Shown: piece after piece, positions 47,664-57,305 of the stretch
Position numbering within the stretch: the stretch's first letter is position 1
Layout: each line of letters starts with the position of its first letter
Origin: a plasmid
Length of the DNA: 64,000 nt
Sequence record: NZ_CP025192.1
Strand: one strand, 5' to 3'
Notes under the pieces: generated by a model
Database searches by the model: none
What the model was told of the DNA's origin: nothing
Seen by the model: the letters and a program-made list of their open reading frames with translations, nothing else
Position numbers and translations under genes: made by a program

Positions 47664-48797
47664 CTAATGGTCCAGGTTGGATACCTCTCGCTGGTAGCCG
47701 CTCGACCGCTTGGTGAGTGGGGCGACATAGGTCCATCGGTTGCCGAAGAACAGACGACCCGCATGCTTGTGGCATTGACGGACCTCCATTCCGGCCTCGT
47801 GCAGCCGCCTGCGCGCCAGGTCGGGGTCATAGGTGTCGGTCAGCTCCTCCCGCGGCCGTGGCGGGACATTCATCAGGTGCAGCCGCGATACGACGGCGCT
47901 GAAGGGAATGCCGAGATCGCGGGCGACGGCGCGCGGGTGCTGGCCGGCCCAGCGGGTGCTCGCGAGGTAGAGTTCGAGGCGTGGCGTCCAGGCCACCTGA
48001 CCGCGGCTGGCGCGCACCTCGACGGCGAGCGGCAGGCCATCGAAGCCCGTCAGCGTCCGGACGCGCCGCATCCCGGCCTCCGGCGTGGGGAGGGGGGCCA
48101 TCTCCGCCTGGGTATCGGCCTGCTGCAGGCCACTCGTCCTGCGCCCGGACACCGCCGCGGTGGGAGCCTCGACGGGGGACAGGGTGCAGATGACCTGCGC
48201 GCGCCTCCGAGACGTCAGGATCGGGGGCTGTGCGACGGGGGAGTGGCTCACGATCGGCGGCAATGCCTGACTGCCGCCCGCGAGAGATGATCCGGCTCTG
48301 GGGGCTGCAGCGGCCTGTCGGGCCTCGCCCATCTCGCCGACCGCGCGGATCGTGGGGCGACGGATGTCGCCTCGCCGGCGGCTCGGGAGGCCGAGGCGTC
48401 GGCTCAGGGCGTAGATGCCACCCCGGGAGCGCCCGAAGGTGTCGGCCATGCTGCCGCCGTCCCAATTGGCGATCCAGCACTCGATGAATAGTGATAGATC
48501 ACTGGTCTTCCAGGCACGAGGATGGTTGCTTCGCCGCATGGGATGATCGGGCGGCGTGGCCATCCCGCATGCCACGACACGCTCCAGAATGAAGGCGACG
48601 GTCACGCCGAGGCAGCATTGCAGGGCTTCCAGGCCGTGTCCCTTCGCGATCATCGCTGCGAGAACCCGGTCGAACCTCCAGTTGGAGACCGTGCCCGCCC
48701 CGCTTGGTGCCGCGCCCTGGTTACCCTTCCTGCCGGCGACAGCGCCGCCGGAAATCTGCCCTGACATGCCCGAAGCCCCAGTCGTTCCCGGGCGCAC
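47664..48797 (-). CDS. regulator with two (possibly three) tandem GcrA-like N-terminal DNA-binding repeats and a C-terminal CHKH motif; true start uncertain
   Basis: Repeats WKTSDLSLFIECWIANWDGGSMADTFGRSRGGIYALSRRLGLPSR and WTPRLELYLASTRWAGQHPRAVARDLGIPFSAVVSRLHL follow the GcrA pattern W-x7-L-x3-W-x2-G-x-S-x3-IA-x2-LG-x-SR-x-AV-x5-RLGL. Confidence 0.45.
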   Translation of the reverse strand: MRPGTTGASGMSGQISGGAVAGRKGNQGAAPSGAGTVSNWRFDRVLAAMIAKGHGLEALQCCLGVTVAFILERVVACGMATPPDHPMRRSNHPRAWKTSDLSLFIECWIANWDGGSMADTFGRSRGGIYALSRRLGLPSRRRGDIRRPTIRAVGEMGEARQAAAAPRAGSSLAGGSQALPPIVSHSPVAQPPILTSRRRAQVICTLSPVEAPTAAVSGRRTSGLQQADTQAEMAPLPTPEAGMRRVRTLTGFDGLPLAVEVRASRGQVAWTPRLELYLASTRWAGQHPRAVARDLGIPFSAVVSRLHLMNVPPRPREELTDTYDPDLARRRLHEAGMEVRQCHKHAGRLFFGNRWTYVAPLTKRSSGYQREVSNLDH

Positions 48798-48949
48798 ACT
48801 GTCACAACCGTGATCGAAGAAGCAATGAGAATTGGATTTAACCGAAGCGATTTGGCGTTGTTTTCGGCTCTATCGCAATCAAGAACCAGGGTTCCGTCCA
48901 TGGCCCTTAAGGCTATCCTACTGTATTCGCTGCCTTCAGGGGATCGGGA

Positions 48950-49444
48950 CTACCGCTTGCTGCGGCCACCATAGGGGTTCGATCGTGTTCGCATCGTCCG
49001 GGCTAACTGCACCAGACGATCGATTTCGGCCAGGACCGTATCGAGGTCCTCCAGACGGTGCCCCTCGTCGCTCTCCGGCTGAGATCTCCTGCCTGTCCTG
49101 CGGTCGGGCTCCGGCGCCGTGTCGCGCTGGCCCTCTGTCGCATAGATGGAAGGCAGCAGATCGGCCGGCTCGACGCCAAGGCTTCGGGCGATGCCGAGCA
49201 GGGTCTTGAGCGTGAGGTACTGCAGCCCGTTCTCGACCGAGAAGATCGTGGTGACCTGCAACCCGGCCTTCACGGCCAGCTCTGCCTGGGTCAGGGACTG
49301 TTCAGTCCGGATTTCCCTGATGCGTCTGCCCACGACGGCAAGATAGGGATCGACATCACGCTCCGCGCCGCGAGTGCGGCGAGACGGCGCCGAGGGTACG
49401 GCCGTTGGCGATTGGGTAACCGAGGCCTGCTCGGGCTTCTTCAT
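48950..49444 (-). CDS. XRE-family HTH transcriptional regulator
   Basis: HTH LTQAELAVKAGLQVTTIFSVENG. 164 aa. Confidence 0.75.
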   Translation of the reverse strand: MKKPEQASVTQSPTAVPSAPSRRTRGAERDVDPYLAVVGRRIREIRTEQSLTQAELAVKAGLQVTTIFSVENGLQYLTLKTLLGIARSLGVEPADLLPSIYATEGQRDTAPEPDRRTGRRSQPESDEGHRLEDLDTVLAEIDRLVQLARTMRTRSNPYGGRSKR

Positions 49445-49494
49445 CGGGGACAGGCCGCCCGGCCGTCACGCCCGGGCATCGGACGTCGTGGATG

Positions 49495-49505
49495 CCGTTC
49501 GCATC
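49495..49505 (+). promoter_or_regulatory. recurring motif CCGTTCGCATC, 38 bp upstream of the plus-strand operon start at 49543
   Basis: Same motif in the same orientation relative to the downstream gene. Confidence 0.45.
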
Positions 49506-49542
49506 GGCGAAGGGCAGTGGAGGGAGAAGGAGAACCCACGCC

Positions 49543-49974
49543 ATGGCATTTCCCCCGGTCGTCCTGTTGACCTTGCAACTCCTGCACCCCTCCACTGTCC
49601 CGGTTACCCCGGTCGACTTCCGTTTGATGCCATCCGGCGCCGTCGTGGCGGAATCCGGCCATATGGATCAAGCGAATACACCCCATGGTAGCACCGATAC
49701 ATCGCAAACGCCCACCCGCCGCTCATCGCGGCCGGCGGCCGGCGATGCCGGGCCCGCCAGGATGCAGGGCTACGGCACTGATATCCCACTGTCATTTGCC
49801 GTCCGGCAGATCGTCCCGAGGGGAATCAGGGTGGTCTACGGCCCCGGTGTGACACCCGAAACAACGGTTTCCTGGACCGGTGGCAAGGTCTGGTACGAGG
49901 TCCTGCGGGACGCCCTCAAGCCCCAGCGGCTTCGGCTGCTGCTCTCGGGGCAGACCGCCACCATCGCCCGCTAG
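49543..49974 (+). CDS. hypothetical exported protein, first gene of the plus-strand operon ending in dotA
   Basis: Start chosen at MAFPPVVLLTLQLL because of the RBS GGAGAAGGAGAA and the recurring upstream motif at 49495-49505. Conserved-looking C-terminal segment VSWTGGKVWYEVLRDAL. Confidence 0.4.
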   Translation: MAFPPVVLLTLQLLHPSTVPVTPVDFRLMPSGAVVAESGHMDQANTPHGSTDTSQTPTRRSSRPAAGDAGPARMQGYGTDIPLSFAVRQIVPRGIRVVYGPGVTPETTVSWTGGKVWYEVLRDALKPQRLRLLLSGQTATIAR

Positions 49975-50046
49975 GCCGGGTGGCTGGCACGCCGTTCGCG
50001 TCGCGCCCTGCCAGCCTGTGCCCTCCTTGGAGAGTGGAGGGGCACC

Positions 50047-50505
50047 GTGCCCGACCTGGAGCGAGATGGCGTCTTGGAATGGGTCCGGCGCGCCGAGCCC
50101 GCCGTGGCGGCGATGGTGGCGGGACTGATCCGGTCCGTGGAGGACGATCCGGCCGTGCTGCCGCTGCTGACCGCATTTGGCCAGCATCTCGATAAGGATG
50201 CCGGCGGCGGCGGCAGCCTCGCCGGCCTTTTCACCGACGAGGGCCTGCATCTCCGGGAGGCCATGGCCCAGCTCGGCGTCGCACGGCTGCTGCGGCTGCT
50301 CGCCTGGTTCGACGAGGCGCCCGTGGGCCGCTTTCATCCCTGGCCCGAGGCCCTGCTGCGCGACGAAACCACCGAAGCCGGCGCCTGCCTTCGGGCCATG
50401 CTGGCGGCGCTGCACCGCCAGACCCTGCTGGAACGCCTGTTCGCCCCAGCGCGGCTGCAGCTGCTGGCCGAGGTCCTGGGCGAAGCCCGCCGGGAGGCCG
50501 CGTGA
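50047..50505 (+). CDS. hypothetical cytoplasmic protein (152 aa, GTG start), similar in size to IcmW
   Basis: Acidic, helical, 152 aa. No motif recognised, so the IcmW assignment is size and position only. Confidence 0.35.
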   Translation: MPDLERDGVLEWVRRAEPAVAAMVAGLIRSVEDDPAVLPLLTAFGQHLDKDAGGGGSLAGLFTDEGLHLREAMAQLGVARLLRLLAWFDEAPVGRFHPWPEALLRDETTEAGACLRAMLAALHRQTLLERLFAPARLQLLAEVLGEARREAA

Positions 50506-51026
50506 TGCGTCGCACCTGCCTCGCCCTGGCGCTGCTCGCGACCCTGCTCGCCGCGCCCTCCCTCGCCCGGGCGCAATCGACCGGCAGCGTGGGCTGTACC
50601 GCGATCACCCAGGCCGCCGCCGGAGCCATCGAGGCGCGGGTCCAGGCCGACGACACGGCCATCCAGGCGCCCACCAGCGTCCGCAACCTGACCTGCCTCG
50701 ACGGCTTCTTTCGCGGCGTCGGCCTCAACGTGATCGCCAGCCTGCTCGATCCTACCAACCTGCTCGACGCCATCCAGGGTCAGATCTGCGCCACGGTCAG
50801 CCAGGCCTGGCAGTCGGCGCTCGGCTCCATCCAGTGCGGCCTCACCGTCAGCGGCTTCAACCTGGGCTTCGGCGGGATCGGCGGTGGCCTGATGTGCCCG
50901 CGTCTGTCCTTCGGCGGCGGCGGTCCGCCCATCGGTACCTTCGGAACGGGCTTCGGGACGTCGGGCAACTTCTACGTCAACGGCTCACCCCTGGCGCCCT
51001 CCGGCTACACCCTGCCAAGCCGCTAG
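50502..51026 (+). CDS. secreted Cys-containing Gly-rich protein
   Basis: Signal peptide MMRRTCLALALLATLLAAPSLARAQS. Six Cys. C-terminal Gly-rich repeats GFGGIGGG/GGGGPPIGTFGTGFGTSG. Confidence 0.5.
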   Translation: MMRRTCLALALLATLLAAPSLARAQSTGSVGCTAITQAAAGAIEARVQADDTAIQAPTSVRNLTCLDGFFRGVGLNVIASLLDPTNLLDAIQGQICATVSQAWQSALGSIQCGLTVSGFNLGFGGIGGGLMCPRLSFGGGGPPIGTFGTGFGTSGNFYVNGSPLAPSGYTLPSR

Positions 51027-51044
51027 ACGGCACGGAGCGATCCC

Positions 51045-52244
51045 ATGCGGAAACATCTCAGGACCACTGTCGCCATCCTGGTCGTGGCCGGCACCGTGAC
51101 AACGGTTGCCCCCCGCCCGGCCCATGCGGAATGGCCGACCTTCGATGCCGTCACCCACCTCCTGCTGACGCAGGCGCAGCAGGTCCTCAACAATGCGATC
51201 ACCCGTGTCTATGACAACATCACCAGTATCGGGAACCTGATCGGCGACCGCATCACCAACATGGGGGGGCTGCTGGACACCAAGCTGGGCGATGGCTTCA
51301 CCCAGGTCTCCAACTATCAGCGCGCGCAGATCAGCGCGGTCCAGCAGATCGCCGACGCCTCCAACACCGCCAATGCACGCTTCCAGCGCGACATGCGGAA
51401 CACCGAGATCCGCGACGAGCACACTGCCTCGCCGCAGGCCTGCCTTGCTCTCGACAGCGGCCAGGCGGCCACGGTGTCGCGCATCCAGGGCGACCGGATC
51501 GCGACCGCCATCGCTGACGTCATGGACTTGCGGGGCGAAGGCGGTCAGGGCACCGCCGCCTGGTACGGGCAGGCGCAGTCCATGACGTCGAGCAACGCGC
51601 TGCATCTCGCCCGCTACTGCGACCAGGACGAAGAGGCGGCTGGCCTCTGCACCATCTCCGTTCGCCCCAATGCCGACGTGCGAGCCTCGTCCTTCAACGG
51701 CCGCGAGGTCTACGCCGACGTCGACGAGGTGAACGCCGCGAACGACTACGCCACCAACGTCGTGCAGCCGGTCGTGCCGGCGGCGCTGCGCGGCGACCAC
51801 CTCACCTCCGTTGAGGGTCAGAACGCCTCGGCCCTTCGCCGGGCCTACGACGCCCGCATGTCCCTGGCGCGCTCTGTGTTCAGCACGCAGATCGCCATGA
51901 CGGCGCCGGCGGTGACGCTGAACGAGGCCCAGCGCGCCCAGATCACGGCGCGCGGCGGCACGCCGCCCGCGGCCGGTTCCTGGATGCAGGTGCTCTCCCT
52001 GGAAGTGGACCGTCGCTTCTCGGATACGGCCTGGGCGGCGTCTTTGCAGGCGATGACGCCGGCGGCCGTCTCGCGTGAGATCGCGGCGCAGCTCGCGCTC
52101 TCCAACTACCTCGCGCTGCAGAACCTGCGCGTGCAGCAGCAGGTGGCGGCCGTCGGCGCGGCGAACCTCGCGATCGCCGCCGAGCGGGGCTTTCCCGGCG
52201 TCGGCGCGACCCCGATCCCCTCCCCGTCCTTCGTCGCCAACTGA
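51045..52244 (+). CDS. secreted protein (399 aa)
   Basis: Signal peptide ending AHA-EW. Helical Ala/Gln-rich. Possibly the IcmX-like periplasmic component, judged from position only. Confidence 0.5.
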   Translation: MRKHLRTTVAILVVAGTVTTVAPRPAHAEWPTFDAVTHLLLTQAQQVLNNAITRVYDNITSIGNLIGDRITNMGGLLDTKLGDGFTQVSNYQRAQISAVQQIADASNTANARFQRDMRNTEIRDEHTASPQACLALDSGQAATVSRIQGDRIATAIADVMDLRGEGGQGTAAWYGQAQSMTSSNALHLARYCDQDEEAAGLCTISVRPNADVRASSFNGREVYADVDEVNAANDYATNVVQPVVPAALRGDHLTSVEGQNASALRRAYDARMSLARSVFSTQIAMTAPAVTLNEAQRAQITARGGTPPAAGSWMQVLSLEVDRRFSDTAWAASLQAMTPAAVSREIAAQLALSNYLALQNLRVQQQVAAVGAANLAIAAERGFPGVGATPIPSPSFVAN

Positions 52245-52255
52245 GGAGCTTTCCC

Positions 52256-53692
52256 ATGTCCACCACCCTATCCGACGCGCCACGCCCAGCGGCGCGTGGT
52301 CCCGATCCGCTCCGTGAGCTGTTCGACCGGATGAACGAGGTGCGTGCCACCCTCTCCGGGCACGATCCCAGGCTGAGCCGCCAGATCGAGGAGGTCACCC
52401 GGCTGCTGCACCAGCCCGATGTCGTCCGCGACGAGGCGCTGCGGACCCGCGCTGCCTACGCACATCAGGATTTCTCCCGCCTGGCCGGTCCGGTCGGCGG
52501 CGTGCCGGAGGGTCTGCGTGCCGAACTCGGCCGCCTTGCCAACTCGGCGCCGGGGCTGGAAAACGAGCGTATCCGCGACCTGCTGCGCGAAGTGCCGGAC
52601 CTGCGGGATCGGCGCCTCGCCCATGATATCCGCACCCTCGCCGTCGTCACGGGCAAGGAGGGTGGCGACCAGTACCGCCCCGACGTCATGGATAAGGTGG
52701 AGGCGCTGGAGCGGCGGGTGATGACGCTCTCGCCGACCTTCGGGAGTGCTGCCGCCCGGCACGCGCAGCCTGACCTGGCCGCCGGCGGGCCGCAGGCGAC
52801 CGCAACCCCAGCCGCCGCGGCGTCCACGGCGCGGACGCCCCAGCCCGAGGAGAAGCCGACCGTGCCGGCTTCGCCGTTGGTGCAGTCCAGCGTCTCCCCA
52901 GGCGAAGGCGCGCGCGCACCGCGACAGCCCGAGACCGGCCAGCAGGCTACCCAGCAGCCTACCCCGGCCCCGGCCGCCATTCGTGCGGCCGAGGGGCAGG
53001 CCCAGCCGGCTCAGCCCGCGCTGGGTGCCCGCGATGCAGGTCCGGTCGAGCGGCTGGTGGCTTCGATGGTGCCCCCTCGTCCCGCCAGCCCGCCTCCCTG
53101 GGAGCCGCAGCCGACCCCGATCACCGAGCGGATCGGGAGCTACCTGGCCAACCGTGCCGACAGCAAGGCACTGGAGACCGCCGAGGCGTCCGGGCAGCGC
53201 GCCGTGGATGCTCTGCGGGGCTTCGCCCAGGGGGCCGGCGCGGCGGTGATGGCTCGGATCAATGAGGCCGCCCGCTCCGATCCCCGCAGCATGGAGGGGG
53301 TGCTGGCCGAGATGCGCGAAGGTGGACGGCATGCCGAGCTGCGCACGCAGTTCAACAACGCCCTCGTCCAGGAGAAGGGTCTGGCCGCCGCTTACGATGC
53401 CGCCGCCTCGGCCGTGAAGCAGTACGGGACCGATCGCCAGGCCGCCGAGGCGGTGATCCTCAAGCGATCCGAGCCGGCGGCCCTGGCCGGGCGCTTCGAG
53501 CGGCTCGACGCCGCCATCGGCGAGGCCGCGTCCCACCTGCCCAGCCGCCAGGAGGGGAAGAGCGTGGTGGACGAACTCGGCCAGAAGGTCGCCGAGCTGG
53601 TGCGGCGAGCGGCCGACGCGGTTCGCAACGTCTTCCAGCAGGACCATCGCCAGGGCGTCTCGGCCGCCTCATCCCCGTCTCCCAGCCCATAG
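52256..53692 (+). CDS. hypothetical protein (478 aa) with a Pro/Ala/Gln-rich central linker
   Basis: Protein-like N- and C-terminal domains separated by a low-complexity linker. Immediately upstream of dotA. Confidence 0.45.
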   Translation: MSTTLSDAPRPAARGPDPLRELFDRMNEVRATLSGHDPRLSRQIEEVTRLLHQPDVVRDEALRTRAAYAHQDFSRLAGPVGGVPEGLRAELGRLANSAPGLENERIRDLLREVPDLRDRRLAHDIRTLAVVTGKEGGDQYRPDVMDKVEALERRVMTLSPTFGSAAARHAQPDLAAGGPQATATPAAAASTARTPQPEEKPTVPASPLVQSSVSPGEGARAPRQPETGQQATQQPTPAPAAIRAAEGQAQPAQPALGARDAGPVERLVASMVPPRPASPPPWEPQPTPITERIGSYLANRADSKALETAEASGQRAVDALRGFAQGAGAAVMARINEAARSDPRSMEGVLAEMREGGRHAELRTQFNNALVQEKGLAAAYDAAASAVKQYGTDRQAAEAVILKRSEPAALAGRFERLDAAIGEAASHLPSRQEGKSVVDELGQKVAELVRRAADAVRNVFQQDHRQGVSAASSPSPSP

Positions 53693-53749
53693 GCTCATTC
53701 GCGTCGCCCTCTCCCATCCTCGTCTGCAAATTCCGGCCGCGAGGATGCG

Positions 53750-56071
53750 ATGCGACGCCCAACCCTGTTTCTGGCCCTGGCCACCCTGGCGCCGGTCCTG
53801 CTCCTCGCGGGGCCGGCGCTCGCCCAGGGGACGGGCGTGAACCTCAGCTGGTCCGCCCTTGATCCCGGTGACGACTGGGCTGCCATAGTCATCCGCTCCG
53901 TCTTCCCGATCAATGGCTCGGCCGGAACCGTCAGCACCGGCAACGCCGCCACGGTGATCGGCACCCTGGTCCGCTCCCTCACCGGCTTCGTGGCGGCCAT
54001 CGCCATGTTCTACCTCGTCTATTCCATGGTGATGCAGATCTGGCGCGGTGCCGAGACCTCGCGCCTGCTCACCGACGGCATGAGCGGCATGATGGCCCTC
54101 CGTCTCGGGGTGGCGGCGATCTTCATGTTCCCGCTGGCCAACGGCTTCTCCGCCGGGCAGGCCGCCGTGGTGCAGGCCTCGATGTGGGGCATCGGCATGG
54201 CCAAGACCGTCTACACCTCGGCCGTCACGGCGATCGGCGCCGATGCGCGCGTCATCGCCGATCCGATTGTCCCGGGCAGCCGCACCATCGTCGCCGGGCT
54301 GATCCGCAACGAGTTCTGCCGCGCACTCGTCAACGCCGCCGCCAACAACCCCAACCTGGTGCCGGCGCCGGGCGCCATCGCCTCAAGCGGGGTCGGCAGC
54401 GTGCCGGCCTTCGAGACCTGGGCCTACCGCCTGTCCAGTGGCAACGAGAGCGGCGCCCCGGCCTGCGGCACCGTCACCCTGGCCCAGCCGGCCAGCACCA
54501 ACACCGTCGCCGGTGTCGATGTCGGCATGGTCGACCAGCAGCGCCGGATCCTGAACAGCGTCGTCACGGGCAGCATCCGGCCGCAGGTCGAGAGCGCCGC
54601 GCAGGCCTTCTACGCCACCCGCCAGGCGTCGGCGCTGCAGCCACTGCTGGGCGTGCTGACCAGCGCCACCAGCCAGTACAACAGCCAGCTCACGGCGGCA
54701 GCCAGCGGTGCCATGAGCCGCATCCGCGGCTCCCTGCAGGATGCCCGCGGCAGCGGCGCCACCCCGGACGCCACCGCGATCCGCCTGAGCGCGCTCGGAT
54801 GGTCGGCCGCCGGTGCCTACTATCTCGAATTCTCCCGCCTCAACGGCGCCACCCTCTCGCTGATGAGCGGCGTACCGCGCGTCGAGCGTCCCTCCTATCT
54901 GGGCCTCGGCCCGGCCCTCACCGCCGATGTGGCGCCGCTTTCCGCTGCCGCCGAGGCGTTCATGGAGCGGGTCAGCGCCTACGTCGCCACCACCGACCAA
55001 GCCAACACGCCCTTCGGCGGCTCGGGCCTGTTCTCCGGCGCCTCGCCGGCCGAGGACGGCGCCGGCATGATGGAGCGGGTGTTCCGCTCCCTGGGCCTGA
55101 GCGAGCGGATCCTCGGCCTCGTCACCAACTACTTCGTCACCCCTGGTACCTTGGTCTGGATCGACCCGTTCGGCAGCCTGATGCAACTCGGCCACGCCAT
55201 GGTCGCGGCCGGTATGGGGGCGCTGGGGCTGGCGGGGATCGGGGTGGGCGGGTCCAATGCCGTCGGCACCGCCCTGGGCGGCGTGCCGCTGGTGGGTGGG
55301 GTGCTGGCGGCCAGCTTCAGCGGATTGGGCAAGGCGTTGGAATTCCTCGGCCCGGCGATCTTCGCGCTGATCTCCGGCCTGCTCCTCCCCGGCCTGACCA
55401 TCGCCTTCGTGCTGCCGCTCATCCCCTTTCTGATCTGGGTCGCCGGCGTCGCCGGCTGGCTGATCCTGGTCTGCGAGGCGGTGATCGCGGTGCCGCTGTG
55501 GATGCTGGCGCACATGACCATGCGCGGCGAGGGCCTGCACGGCCGGGCCACCGAGGGATACTCGCTGCTGTTCAACGTGCTGTTCCGCCCGGTGCTGATG
55601 CTGCTCGGGCTGTTCCTCGGCTACTTCATCTTCGCCAGCATGTCCTGGCTGCTGCGGCTGAGCTTCGGGGTGGCGGCAGGCTTCGTGCTGGGCAACGGCT
55701 GGATCGTAACCAACGTGCTCGGGGTCGTGGTGCTGCTCTGCGTCTTCGTGCTGGCCCACGTCGTCCTGGCGCTGCTGTCCTTCCGCATGATCTCCCTGGT
55801 GCCCCACCACGTCCCGCGCCTGATCGGCTTCCTGCCGGCGAACCGGGTCGACATGGACGGCTTCAGCCGGGATGCTGCGCTGGTTGGGGCGGCAGGGGCA
55901 TTGCAAAACATCGACGGTGCCGCTCGAAGGCTTGGTGGTTCGGCTCGCAATTCTGGTGATCGAACCCTGGCGCCGACGGCAATAGCTGGACCGCAAGGGC
56001 GGGCAGCAAGTAAGGAGATGGACTCTACCCTCCGGGCATCGACAGAGATCTCCGGCGCTAGGGATGAATGA
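53750..56071 (+). CDS. dotA: DotA-like polytopic membrane protein (TraY-like)
   Basis: Signal peptide, two early TM helices, a large periplasmic domain (about residues 150-520), then 6-8 C-terminal TM helices. This is DotA architecture. Confidence 0.65.
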   Translation: MRRPTLFLALATLAPVLLLAGPALAQGTGVNLSWSALDPGDDWAAIVIRSVFPINGSAGTVSTGNAATVIGTLVRSLTGFVAAIAMFYLVYSMVMQIWRGAETSRLLTDGMSGMMALRLGVAAIFMFPLANGFSAGQAAVVQASMWGIGMAKTVYTSAVTAIGADARVIADPIVPGSRTIVAGLIRNEFCRALVNAAANNPNLVPAPGAIASSGVGSVPAFETWAYRLSSGNESGAPACGTVTLAQPASTNTVAGVDVGMVDQQRRILNSVVTGSIRPQVESAAQAFYATRQASALQPLLGVLTSATSQYNSQLTAAASGAMSRIRGSLQDARGSGATPDATAIRLSALGWSAAGAYYLEFSRLNGATLSLMSGVPRVERPSYLGLGPALTADVAPLSAAAEAFMERVSAYVATTDQANTPFGGSGLFSGASPAEDGAGMMERVFRSLGLSERILGLVTNYFVTPGTLVWIDPFGSLMQLGHAMVAAGMGALGLAGIGVGGSNAVGTALGGVPLVGGVLAASFSGLGKALEFLGPAIFALISGLLLPGLTIAFVLPLIPFLIWVAGVAGWLILVCEAVIAVPLWMLAHMTMRGEGLHGRATEGYSLLFNVLFRPVLMLLGLFLGYFIFASMSWLLRLSFGVAAGFVLGNGWIVTNVLGVVVLLCVFVLAHVVLALLSFRMISLVPHHVPRLIGFLPANRVDMDGFSRDAALVGAAGALQNIDGAARRLGGSARNSGDRTLAPTAIAGPQGRAASKEMDSTLRASTEISGARDE

Positions 56072-56074
56072 CCG

Positions 56075-56524
56075 ATGAACGATGACGGCGAGAGCCAAGG
56101 AATGAGCGGAACGGCCGGCTACCTGCTAGGCAGGATGTCGGCAGAAAACGCTCGTTCGCGTTCGGATTGGGTCGATAATCTTGTGGCCCGTCGGCGGCGC
56201 CCGGAAGCGCGTTTCTTCCGTGAAGCTGATGTACATGCGAAGATCGCTGAATGGCAGGCTGCGCTCGCCTCAAGGGACGCCATCATCGATCAGCTACAGG
56301 AGCATGCTGCTGGTCTCGCCAGCGAGCGGGATCAGTGGCGTGACTACGCGAAGGCGATCGAGGGCGAGCGGGAGGAACTGAAGGAGCAGTTCCGCAGCCT
56401 GACCGTGAACGCCAACCTCATGGTCGAGCGCCTCGACGAGTACGACAGGGCGAACGAGGCGCTGGAGGCGGAAGTCGAGGCGCTGCGCGCCGAGATCGCC
56501 CGCCTCAAGGGCAGTGGCGGGTAG
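56075..56524 (+). CDS. coiled-coil protein (149 aa)
   Basis: Heptad-rich EALEAEVEALRAEIARLKG. Translationally coupled to dotA. Confidence 0.45.
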   Translation: MNDDGESQGMSGTAGYLLGRMSAENARSRSDWVDNLVARRRRPEARFFREADVHAKIAEWQAALASRDAIIDQLQEHAAGLASERDQWRDYAKAIEGEREELKEQFRSLTVNANLMVERLDEYDRANEALEAEVEALRAEIARLKGSGG

Positions 56525-56530
56525 CGCAGG

Positions 56531-56542
56531 CCGTTCGCAACG
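56531..56542 (+). promoter_or_regulatory. recurring motif CCGTTCGCAACG, 39 bp upstream of the lipoprotein gene
   Basis: Same motif and orientation. Confidence 0.4.
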
Positions 56543-56580
56543 ATACTGGGCAGCATGGGGCCGCAACCAGGACAGGCCCC

Positions 56581-56898
56581 ATGCCCTACGCTCGAAACCT
56601 CCTCCTCGCCGCTCTCGCGTCGATCCCACTCGCGGCCTGCAGCAGCGGCAACATCCGCACCGCCGGCAGCTACAGTGCTCCGGCCGCGCCGCAGGTCCAG
56701 AATCCCAACTACGATCCCTATGCCGCTCCGGGCACCGTCAATGCCACCTGGGCGCCGCCCGTGCTCAACCGTAACGGCACCATCGTGAAGCCCAACGATC
56801 CGCGCGGGGCGATGGCCGGCAGGCCGGACTACGAGCATGCCCCGTGGGCCACGGGCGCGGCCGGCGGTGCCACCTACGCCCCACCCGGCACCTTCTGA
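56581..56898 (+). CDS. small lipoprotein
   Basis: Lipobox LAAC after a signal peptide. 105 aa. The recurring upstream motif lies at 56531-56542. Confidence 0.5.
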   Translation: MPYARNLLLAALASIPLAACSSGNIRTAGSYSAPAAPQVQNPNYDPYAAPGTVNATWAPPVLNRNGTIVKPNDPRGAMAGRPDYEHAPWATGAAGGATYAPPGTF

Positions 56899-56921
56899 CG
56901 ACCTGGCGGCCGGTGCGGCGG

Positions 56922-57305
56922 CTATCGGGCCGGCCGCACATCCGTGCGGCTGAAATCGTCGCCGACGTAGAGCAGCGGCGCGTCGTGCTCGATCGCCAGC
57001 ACGTAGGCGAAGCAGTCGCCGAAGTTCAGCCCCGCCGGGTGGACGCCCTTGCCCCAGCGCGCATAGGCCTCGGCCATGCGCCGCGCCGTCCCCGGTGTGA
57101 CGCTCGCGACCTCGAAGCCCAGGCCCTCGACCAGCTGGCGCATCTCCACCCCGAGATCGCGCCGGCCCGCCACGATCAGCGCCTCCGCCATGGTCCCGGC
57201 CGAGATCGCCAGGGCGTCGGCCGCCTCCAGCACATCCATGCAGGCCTCGGCCTCGGGCTCGTCGAGCAGGATCGCCAGCAGCGCCGAGGTGTCGACCGCG
57301 ATCAT
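56922..57305 (-). CDS. vapC: VapC toxin (PIN domain)
   Basis: MIAVDTSALLAILLDEP with the conserved D-T-S opening, plus GDCFAY near the C-terminus. Confidence 0.8.
   Translation of the reverse strand: MIAVDTSALLAILLDEPEAEACMDVLEAADALAISAGTMAEALIVAGRRDLGVEMRQLVEGLGFEVASVTPGTARRMAEAYARWGKGVHPAGLNFGDCFAYVLAIEHDAPLLYVGDDFSRTDVRPAR

Noticed and set aside
48998-49007. Copy of the recurring motif inside the XRE regulator coding sequence
   Set aside because: It lies within a well-supported CDS, so it is probably a chance or vestigial match rather than a promoter element. It is noted but not annotated as regulatory.
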